A model generated the notes under the pieces. That model searched no databases. It worked only from the letters and a program-made list of their open reading frames with translations, and was not told the DNA's origin. A DNA stretch of 34,215 bases from Gammaproteobacteria bacterium (GTDB lineage Bacteria; Pseudomonadota; Gammaproteobacteria; Eutrophobiales; Eutrophobiaceae), in NCBI GenBank assembly GCA_035471825.1, contig DATIPP010000128.1, positions 1-34,215 of the forward strand, written 5' to 3'. Both the position numbers and the translations under genes were made by a program. Shown here piece after piece: positions 20,836 through 27,840 of the stretch; within the stretch, counting starts at the first letter, position 1, and each line of letters begins with the position of its first letter.

Positions 20836-21231
20836 CTACATATCCAGATATCTGTGTAATCTCGCATCCTTGGTGCTGAAATGATCGGTAAACCAGTGGT
20901 TAAGTTCATCGACAAATTTGTCAGTATCAATCTCCATCATATCACTGTAATGTTCCATGATATCCCGTATTTCATCAAGCAATTTATCATGATCAGCCTT
21001 GTGATCTGCCAGTTGATCATAATTCTTTTCCCGCATTATCTTTTCTTCCAGCGCAAAATGTAGTGCGATGCGCGCATATATTTCGCCAAGGTAATCTGAT
21101 GTATTATCTTCCCTGTCTGTTTCATATATTTTGACAAGCATTTCGTTAATCAATTGAATCAATTTACGATGTTCATAATCAATTTCCGGAATTCCGAGTG
21201 AAAACTCGTCTTTCCATTCCAATAGTTGCAT
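20836..21231 (-). CDS. Bacteriohemerythrin
   Basis: 131 aa with the W.DEFS.GI.EID.EH..L opening. All seven di-iron ligand positions are present: H (EHRKL), H and E (LHFALEE), H-x3-H (DHKADH), and H-x4-D (DHFSTKD). Confidence 0.85.
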   Translation of the reverse strand: MQLLEWKDEFSLGIPEIDYEHRKLIQLINEMLVKIYETDREDNTSDYLGEIYARIALHFALEEKIMREKNYDQLADHKADHDKLLDEIRDIMEHYSDMMEIDTDKFVDELNHWFTDHFSTKDARLHRYLDM

Positions 21232-21267
21232 ATCAGATCACCTGCCTGTCATTTAACGCATGAGCAG

Positions 21268-21771
21268 TTATAAAAATACAAACCCCCCGGCTTCCTTGTT
21301 AAAATCTATTACGAAATTTTGTCCGGGTTTCAACTCGATATCAGTTGAACGCTCATGGTCAAATCCTTCATTTTCACGACTATCGCGCATTCGCGTAACC
21401 AATTTGTGTTTTCCGGGTGTTACCCTGAAGTACTCATATACAGTCGAGGCACCATCATGAGACAGTCCTGAAGCAGGAACCTGCTCTTTGTACAGGATAT
21501 TTCCATCCAGTATTATTTCAACGAGTATTGGAACCCGTTCTCGACTGCATTCGAGAGGTCTTCGCATATTCGGTGCCATTGCTTCAAGCTCCTCCTGTGT
21601 CAATCGCCGGCATTCTTCCTTTTTTTCACCGGCATGACTGAAACTTATTTTGAGTAATGCCATCCCGGGATCAAGATGTTCGTATTCAGGTCTGGATGAG
21701 AAATACCCGACAATCACTGCAAAAACAAGATAGGTAGTTATCTGAATAACAATGTTTCTTGGTGTGTACAT
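21268..21771 (-). CDS. Membrane-anchored protein of unknown function
   Basis: 167 aa with one N-terminal TM helix (IVIQITTYLVFAVIVGYF) followed by a soluble domain carrying two Cys. I recognise no family. It is packed tightly within the operon. Confidence 0.55.
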   Translation of the reverse strand: MYTPRNIVIQITTYLVFAVIVGYFSSRPEYEHLDPGMALLKISFSHAGEKKEECRRLTQEELEAMAPNMRRPLECSRERVPILVEIILDGNILYKEQVPASGLSHDGASTVYEYFRVTPGKHKLVTRMRDSRENEGFDHERSTDIELKPGQNFVIDFNKEAGGFVFL

Positions 21772-21792
21772 ATCAAATCATTAATTTGCCTG

Positions 21793-23325
21793 TCAGTTAT
21801 TAAATCCTGTGACTTCGTTGTTCAGTGAAGCCAGTTTTTCCTTAAAACGTATGATTTTCTGTATCAGCTTTTTTCTATTGACAGATCCGGTCCAGTACTG
21901 ACTGATTCTTTCCCGGGAGACACGTTCTCGGAGGAATGGATCACGCTCCCCGGTAATACGCTGTTTTGTCCAGTTAATACCGAATCGGTTATAACAGTTG
22001 CCTACCTTGCAACCGGTCAGAAATACACCATCAGCAATATTTTGACTGAGAATAAAATCAATAAATGAGGGTGGCAACATCCCGACACATGGAAGTGAAA
22101 CGGTCGTTGTATTGTTAATGTTGATGTTGCATGCAACTGGCCCATGATCACAACTGAAAATAAAAACCCTGTCCCTGCCCTGCATTATTTCCGCGGTATC
22201 AATTACATATTGCCTGAGCTGATTGATAGAGAAATCGGGTAATTCAATTCCCGGGACCAGTTTACTTTTCCGCCTGAAAGGCATTGCCGTAGGACATGCC
22301 CCGGCACATATTCCGCAACTGACACATAAATCAGGATTGACCACGGCCTGGCTGGTATAGGGCAGTTCGTCGGTGCGTGCCTGCAGACTTACGGCATTGT
22401 AGGGACAGTCAGAAACACAGCGTCCGCAACCATTGCAATTGTCCAGATCAATCTTTGCAATTGATAATGATTTTTTTCTGGTGATCCAGGGCATGCACAA
22501 TAAAATTGATACTAGCAGAAAGATTGCAATCCACAAGTAGAGCCCCGGAAATTCATCCAGTAACGGATAAAAAAACATGTAATACCAGTCCAGCCCGACA
22601 GTTGTTACTGCCTTGTCCAGTTCTGCTGGTCCCTGGCTGGTAGCAGGATAAAAAAGCGACAAGGCCAGTAACATGAGCAAGATACCGGTTGCCAGGTACC
22701 TGGGCAGCATGACTTTTGGCATGGTTATGCGCTGAATATGCATCCACATGAATAACAGCAGGATCAGGGGGGCCGCAATATGAATAAATACGAACAATGT
22801 AAAAAAGCGGCCACTCAGTGTTGTGTCATGTAGAAAATTTCTTGCAATGGATTCGCCAAATAAGGGAAGAGTGTCAAGCCATTCTGATGTGGAAATTGCG
22901 ATATACTGGGCCAGCTTGTCCCACACAATCCAGTAACCTGTTATTCCACTTGCATATATGAATAACAGGCTCATTACACCAATGATCCATGTAAATGCCC
23001 GGGGGCCATGAAATCGATCCAGTGAATACTCACGAAGCATATGAAGAAAAATGACGATTACCAGGGCATCTGATGCATATCGGTGAAAGCTTCGCATTAC
23101 ACCACCGGCATACCACTGGGTATTAGTCAGATATTCGATGGATTCATAGGCTTCTGTTACACCTGTATCAAAAAAGATATATAGATATATACCACTGGCA
23201 ACAACTATCCAGTAAAAAAACCATCCCATTGTCCCCAGAAAAAGCATTGGATTGCAGGCAGGGGTAAAACCGGCACTAAAAATATCATCCGTTTTTTCAA
23301 ATAATTGTCGCAGGTATTTTTTCAT
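21793..23325 (-). CDS. Fusion protein: dihaem cytochrome b (bc-type) + 2x[4Fe-4S] ferredoxin + MvhD/FlpD-like domain
   Basis: There are two His-x13-His pairs on TM helices (FHRYASDALVIVIFLH and IHIAAPLILLLFMWMH) and a PEWY-like loop (LDWYYMFFYPLL). These are followed by CNGCGRCVSDCP and CVSCGICAGACP. The MvhD-like tail reads FSCDHG...CVGMLPPSFIDFIL..ADGVFLTGCKVGNCYNRFGN. I prefer the ATG at 23325; the track ORF to 23412 starts at GTG and overlaps senC. Confidence 0.8.
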   Translation of the reverse strand: MKKYLRQLFEKTDDIFSAGFTPACNPMLFLGTMGWFFYWIVVASGIYLYIFFDTGVTEAYESIEYLTNTQWYAGGVMRSFHRYASDALVIVIFLHMLREYSLDRFHGPRAFTWIIGVMSLLFIYASGITGYWIVWDKLAQYIAISTSEWLDTLPLFGESIARNFLHDTTLSGRFFTLFVFIHIAAPLILLLFMWMHIQRITMPKVMLPRYLATGILLMLLALSLFYPATSQGPAELDKAVTTVGLDWYYMFFYPLLDEFPGLYLWIAIFLLVSILLCMPWITRKKSLSIAKIDLDNCNGCGRCVSDCPYNAVSLQARTDELPYTSQAVVNPDLCVSCGICAGACPTAMPFRRKSKLVPGIELPDFSINQLRQYVIDTAEIMQGRDRVFIFSCDHGPVACNININNTTTVSLPCVGMLPPSFIDFILSQNIADGVFLTGCKVGNCYNRFGINWTKQRITGERDPFLRERVSRERISQYWTGSVNRKKLIQKIIRFKEKLASLNNEVTGFNN

Positions 23326-23359
23326 CTTGGTAAAGGAAGGAATTATGCCGGCCTGGAAT

Positions 23360-24250
23360 TTATGAAGTACTGTTCGTGCGCCAGAGATGAAAAAGGAAAA
23401 CAAGCAGGCCACCCAGCGAAATTAATCCGGTCAAAAAAGCAATGACTATTGAATAATCAAAGGTATATCTTCCAGTTGAAGGATCGTAAATCGTACAGAA
23501 TAACCTGATGTTATTTACCCATTCGGATATATTTGATGGTAAAAAACTGCCATCCCCAAACACTAGTTCTTTTAATGGTTCAATCAGTACGGGAGGAGAG
23601 AATGTTGCCCCGTAAATCTGCCTGTAAACACGACCATGGCTGTCAATAATTGTGGTTTGAGCCAGGTGATCAAAACCTTTTGCAGAAGGAAAAAATATAA
23701 ATCCCAGATCACTGGCAAGATTCTCTATTGTTTCAGTGTCTGCGCTCAGAAAGTGCCAGTTTCTATCATTGATACCTCTTTCAGATGCAAATAATTTCAT
23801 TCGTTCTGGCGTGTCGACGCCAGTATCAAATCCTATTGTTATAATGGTGAAACTGTTATCTCCAAGTGTCTCTTGTGCGATTTGAACGGTTTTGTGAAGA
23901 TTCGTGGTTAAAACAGGACAGGTATGGTGGCAGCTTGTATATATAAAACTGACAATAGCGGGTTTGTCAGTATAATATTTGGCAATATTTACCGTACCAC
24001 CATTTTGATCGGTCAACCTGTAATCACCAATAGCGCTGCCTACTACAGACTGACTGTAAACCAGAGCCTTTTCGTTACTGAAACCTGTGGTACTGGTCAG
24101 ATTTTCCTGGGGTGAGTTATTGTTCCCTGTTACGGTGGATGGTAAGAAAACTGTAAGGTATATCAAATATCCGGCAAAATGGCCGACAGAAATAAATGAT
24201 TCTAAGCCTATAATCCCTTTGTAATAATTACCTTTTGAAATAAACCGCAT
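23360..24250 (-). CDS. senC: SCO1/SenC-family copper chaperone with an extra C-terminal membrane segment
   Basis: 296 aa with an N-terminal TM helix, a thioredoxin-fold CxxxCP motif (SCHHTCP) and the conserved distal His (DHLAQTTIIDSHG). The C-terminus has FCTIYDPSTGRY followed by a TM helix. Confidence 0.8.
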   Translation of the reverse strand: MRFISKGNYYKGIIGLESFISVGHFAGYLIYLTVFLPSTVTGNNNSPQENLTSTTGFSNEKALVYSQSVVGSAIGDYRLTDQNGGTVNIAKYYTDKPAIVSFIYTSCHHTCPVLTTNLHKTVQIAQETLGDNSFTIITIGFDTGVDTPERMKLFASERGINDRNWHFLSADTETIENLASDLGFIFFPSAKGFDHLAQTTIIDSHGRVYRQIYGATFSPPVLIEPLKELVFGDGSFLPSNISEWVNNIRLFCTIYDPSTGRYTFDYSIVIAFLTGLISLGGLLVFLFHLWRTNSTS

Positions 24251-24275
24251 CAGGCTGTGTCATGAATATAAACGG

Positions 24276-25958
24276 CTATCTGAGCGGCCAGACTTCTGCA
24301 AGATATTTCCAGTTTACGAAGTAATAAAGCACAAAAGTTGTAAAGAAAACGGCCACAAGGACTACTGTCCCGGGTATAGCCAGTGTGCCGGCGCTTCCAT
24401 ATTTTCCAACAACTGATGATGCTGGCTTGCCTTTCATGATACTTTGGTCAACTTTTTTACCAAAAAGTATTGAGCCAACTACTATCAAGATGTAGAGAAT
24501 CCCGCCCAGCGCTGCCAGAATGGCACTGATCCCGTTTAATCCCATCATGAGAAATGCTGCCCCGGGATAGTCGAATTTCAATGCAGCATCTGTAAAGGTA
24601 ATATCCCAGTGTCTCCTGGCCACACCGAGCGTTCCTGCGCCCATCATGAATAACGAAATACCGGCAGCGCCAATGCCAAAAAGATAAGGCTGTAACCTTG
24701 CCAGTTTTGGCCAGATAAGTTCACGCTGGAAGATAAGGGGAATCAGCAGGTAAGTAATGGCCATGAATGCCAGCGTTGTTCCGGCTACTACTGTACCGTG
24801 AAAATGGCCCGGAACATATAATGTATTATGCATGATAATGTTAAGTTGTTCGGTACCCAGAATTACGCCCGTGATTCCACCTATAAATCCGAACATTATT
24901 AACGACAGAAACATGCCTGAAAATGCCGGATTACCCCACGGTGCTTTTTTGAGCCATTCAAAAATACCGTTGGTATATCCCTTTGCTCTTTGTGCCACTT
25001 CAATTGAGCCTGGAACCGTCATACCGTGAATCATGCTTCCGAGTACAGCAAGATACATAGCATAACTTGTATTGAATATTTTCCATTCAGAACTTATTCC
25101 GGGCTCAACCAGTAAATGATGAGCGCTTGCAAGCTGCAGGAAAAGAATGTACATCAGAAAAGCCAGTCTGCTCACCTTCTCTGAAATAGGCTTGGCGCCA
25201 AGCACAATAGCAGCTATGGCGTACCAGACAGCAACGTGCGCGGAAACATTTATTTGCTGTGACGAATGCCCCATTGCCCACCAGACTGCCTTGTACATCA
25301 ATGGATCAATATTACTGACTAAATCCATAGACCACAAAAATGTAGGAATCAATATAATTGCTCCGGAGGCAATGGTAAATACAGCGATAATTGCTGCGGT
25401 AAGGGCACCAAATGTGACAAGTGGAATTGAACCTTCATAGGTCTTTTCTTCCTTGGCAATAACGAGAGTACCAAAGAAAACACAACAGCCTAGCAGGGCC
25501 CCGACTGCAAAAAGGACGATACCGAGATAAAAATGCGGATCTGCCTGCATGGGGACATAGGACGTGAACATAACACTGGATTTACCTTGTAAAACCGCGA
25601 TATTTGTTATCACAGCACCAATCAGCATCATCCAGAAGCCCGTCCAGCCAACCCTGGGGGCAGCGATCCTCGAGTTCAGCAGAATGGCGGAAGCAAAATA
25701 AAGTATGGCCATCTCGAAAAAAATAATCCATACCAGCAATACATCAAGCCCGTGTGCCGTTAATGCCAGGTAGAACCAGTCCGCCGGCAGCAAGTGTACT
25801 GCAGGCCAGCGTGTTAGTGCGACTGACAGTCCGAACAGACCACCAATAGCTAGGAATACGACAGCAGCGACAGCATTCGCCTTGATCAGTTTTTCCGCTG
25901 GCAGGTGTATCTGCAGGCCTGTTGTCGGGCAGGTTCGAAACTGGGTATCTGAGGCCAT
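24276..25958 (-). CDS. Haem-copper oxidoreductase subunit I, ba3-like (B-family) but lacking the cross-linked Tyr; candidate NO reductase (sNOR/NorS-like)
   Basis: 560 aa with about 13 TM helices and the SD ggag. All six canonical His are present (LTAHG, AMGHSS, SAHH, PGHFHG). The protein is collinear with Thermus ba3 CbaA motifs (DPL..WW.GH, RLAFL, PW.NPAF, HNT..VPGHFH). Helix VI reads GHSSQQ instead of GHPIVY. Confidence 0.85.
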   Translation of the reverse strand: MASDTQFRTCPTTGLQIHLPAEKLIKANAVAAVVFLAIGGLFGLSVALTRWPAVHLLPADWFYLALTAHGLDVLLVWIIFFEMAILYFASAILLNSRIAAPRVGWTGFWMMLIGAVITNIAVLQGKSSVMFTSYVPMQADPHFYLGIVLFAVGALLGCCVFFGTLVIAKEEKTYEGSIPLVTFGALTAAIIAVFTIASGAIILIPTFLWSMDLVSNIDPLMYKAVWWAMGHSSQQINVSAHVAVWYAIAAIVLGAKPISEKVSRLAFLMYILFLQLASAHHLLVEPGISSEWKIFNTSYAMYLAVLGSMIHGMTVPGSIEVAQRAKGYTNGIFEWLKKAPWGNPAFSGMFLSLIMFGFIGGITGVILGTEQLNIIMHNTLYVPGHFHGTVVAGTTLAFMAITYLLIPLIFQRELIWPKLARLQPYLFGIGAAGISLFMMGAGTLGVARRHWDITFTDAALKFDYPGAAFLMMGLNGISAILAALGGILYILIVVGSILFGKKVDQSIMKGKPASSVVGKYGSAGTLAIPGTVVLVAVFFTTFVLYYFVNWKYLAEVWPLR

Positions 25959-25974
25959 GGCTTACTCCGGTTTA

Positions 25975-26508
25975 TTATTCGGTAACATATATTTTTCCGA
26001 TCATGGTATGGTGACCGATACCACAAAATTCATTGCAAATAATGCTGTATTCTCCGGCCTGGTCCGGAGTGACTGTAATTACCATTTCATAACCCGGATG
26101 TATTTGCAGATTGATGTTGGTTGGTTGAAGTGAAAATCCATGTTGCCAGTCCAGCGAGGAAATATGCAGGCGGTAACTCTGGTCTTTTTCAAATTCCAGT
26201 ATAGGCCACCACTGCCAAAGACGACCTATTAGATATACATCGCTGCCCGGTGGTGGGTGCACAACAGGAAAATTTGATTCTTCCCGCACCTTGTATTTAT
26301 CAACCATTTCGGTTGTTTTTGCGGAAAACGTCTCCGGCGTAATACGGTATGCTTCGTTGGAAAGGTTCTGTTCGCCGGCGCCATGCCAGTAAATCATCAT
26401 GAAAAACATGAAGAGACCCCACATGAATCCAACGATAATCCATATCAGTTCAGTTCTGGCAACGGGCTCGTTCCACCATATCCGTTCTTCAGGAGGTGTG
26501 ATGGCCAT
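25975..26508 (-). CDS. Haem-copper oxidoreductase subunit II with an intact CuA site
   Basis: 177 aa with one TM helix and a cupredoxin domain. The CuA ligand pattern is H(GF)...CNEFCGIGHHTM (H, C-x-E-x-C-G-x2-H-x2-M). It is collinear with ba3 CbaB, and the SD is aggag. Confidence 0.9.
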   Translation of the reverse strand: MAITPPEERIWWNEPVARTELIWIIVGFMWGLFMFFMMIYWHGAGEQNLSNEAYRITPETFSAKTTEMVDKYKVREESNFPVVHPPPGSDVYLIGRLWQWWPILEFEKDQSYRLHISSLDWQHGFSLQPTNINLQIHPGYEMVITVTPDQAGEYSIICNEFCGIGHHTMIGKIYVTE

Positions 26509-26520
26509 TATTTTCTCCTG

Positions 26521-26694
26521 TTATTTTGCGATTGGTATCTGAACGATTTCCATGATTCCCCATATCACGTAGAAAACAGTCGGTATAGTGACACCGAGGA
26601 ACAATAACAGAAAAGGGTTATCAAGGATTTTTTGCATGAACGGGATTTGTTCATCTTCGTTGTTATGTTGCACTGCAGATTCTTCTTTTGCCAT
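26521..26694 (-). CDS. 57-aa single-TM protein, possible small oxidase subunit (IIa-like); not in the ORF track
   Basis: ATG at 26694 to TAA at 26521 encodes MAKEESAVQHNNEDEQIPFMQKILDNPFLLLFLGVTIPTVFYVIWGIMEIVQIPIAK. It lies 12 nt upstream of subunit II and downstream of the FNR-box promoter. Confidence 0.5.
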   Translation of the reverse strand: MAKEESAVQHNNEDEQIPFMQKILDNPFLLLFLGVTIPTVFYVIWGIMEIVQIPIAK

Positions 26695-26755
26695 ACCCCA
26701 TTCCCCTTACAGTCAGACATTAAAGATAATGTAATTGTAGGTTAAAAATCACTCC

Positions 26756-26769
26756 TTGATCTATATCAA
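26756..26769 (-). promoter_or_regulatory. Perfect FNR/DNR box of the oxidase-like operon promoter
   Basis: TTGATctatATCAA matches the consensus at 10/10. On the minus strand, TACAAT lies 16 nt downstream and TACATT (26728-26733) lies exactly 22 nt downstream. Confidence 0.8.
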
Positions 26770-26815
26770 GTAAAAACCGCAAATATATCGAATTAACTTT
26801 AGTGCTCATGGTAAC

Positions 26816-27004
26816 TTATTGAATTTCAATAATATATCTTATGAGGGCGAAACTCGAAACTGCCAGGAAAGAAAGGATGAAAAAGAAAATCAGGCTGCGA
26901 TATTCAAAACGTCGGCCGGCAATCAATTCCAGGCGCTCCAATAGCCGGTCTGAGACTGTATAGAGAATAATTGCCGCGATTGTGTAGGATAGAATTTCCA
27001 ACAT
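26816..27004 (-). CDS. Possible 62-aa two-TM membrane protein
   Basis: The ORF has two hydrophobic segments. I recognise no family, and it lies upstream of the FNR box, so it would be a separate transcript. Confidence 0.3.
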   Translation of the reverse strand: MLEILSYTIAAIILYTVSDRLLERLELIAGRRFEYRSLIFFFILSFLAVSSFALIRYIIEIQ

Positions 27005-27075
27005 TGGAAGTACCTTTTAATAATTTATTGCAGGAATATCCGATCCCCGTTTTATATTGTCTGGATTATTTGTCA

Positions 27076-27447
27076 ATGCATATTATCAAGTACCTTCATG
27101 TAATATGTGCAATTCTTACGATAATTTCTTTTTCCATCCGGGGAATCTGGATGGTGCAAGGCTCTTCATTACTTACCAGGAAAGTAACACGCATATTGCC
27201 ACATTTTATCGATGCCATTTTGCTCTTCAGTGGTATTGTTTTACTGATACAGTATTACAGGCAGTTTTACTATTTTGACTGGTTAATGATAAAGCTTGTT
27301 GTAATTATCCTGTACATTTTTTCCGGAGCAATCGCACTGAGGCGCGGACGTACGCGGGCCATAAGGGTAACGGCACTCTTTATATCCTGGGGATTTCTGG
27401 CAATAATCGTAACGCTTGCAATATCACGACCGGCATCAATATTCTGA
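27076..27447 (+). CDS. SirB2-family inner membrane protein
   Basis: 123 aa from the ATG at 27076 (MHIIKYLHV...), with four TM helices and a K.LH......S...R pattern like SirB/YchQ proteins. The track ORF starts earlier at 26971. Confidence 0.6.
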   Translation: MHIIKYLHVICAILTIISFSIRGIWMVQGSSLLTRKVTRILPHFIDAILLFSGIVLLIQYYRQFYYFDWLMIKLVVIILYIFSGAIALRRGRTRAIRVTALFISWGFLAIIVTLAISRPASIF

Positions 27448-27470
27448 GCCAGCTTCTTTATTTTGAAATA

Positions 27471-27779
27471 TCACACGACCGGTGAACCATAACCCTGGCT
27501 GTAGGGAACAGGACCAGACAAGGCGATGATCTCGCCGTTTTTGAGGCGGTCATTTACCGGAAACAGCTTGATATTTCTTCCGTTCCGAAAAGCGAGGAAA
27601 ACTTCTTTCTCGGGTATTCTCAGCATTTCAAGAAGTTCCGAAAAGGTGATACCCTTTGGCACAACCAGTTCAAACCGGTCGCCGTTATTGGTGGCATATG
27701 TATTTAATTTGTTAAATAATCTGATTTTCAGTGTAATCAAATCGAAGCTCTTTTTTTTAAAATCATGGTAGTTAACCAT
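27471..27779 (-). CDS. Possible ThiS/MoaD-like beta-grasp protein without a C-terminal GG
   Basis: 102 aa following the pattern ...ELVVPKGITFSELLEML.IPEKEVFLAFRNGRNI...NDRLKNGEIIALSGPV, which fits the MoaD/ThiS consensus. It ends ...YSQGYGSPVV. Confidence 0.4.
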   Translation of the reverse strand: MVNYHDFKKKSFDLITLKIRLFNKLNTYATNNGDRFELVVPKGITFSELLEMLRIPEKEVFLAFRNGRNIKLFPVNDRLKNGEIIALSGPVPYSQGYGSPVV

Positions 27780-27805
27780 TTAACTCCTTCAACCGTACTG
27801 TTGCC

Positions 27806-27819
27806 TTGATCTCGGTCAA
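27806..27819. promoter_or_regulatory. FNR/DNR-type box in the 61-bp divergent intergenic region
   Basis: TTGATctcgGTCAA matches at 9/10. It lies 22 nt from the dnr ATG (27841) and 27 nt from the minus-strand ATG (27779). Confidence 0.6.
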
Positions 27820-27840
27820 ATCAGATCTCGTCACTGCAAG

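Noticed and set aside
23326-23412. A 53-nt overlap between senC and the cytochrome b fusion ORF
   Set aside because: The overlap depends on a GTG start at 23412. The in-frame ATG at 23325 (MKKYLRQLFEK...) removes it, so there is no evidence for programmed overlap or frameshifting.
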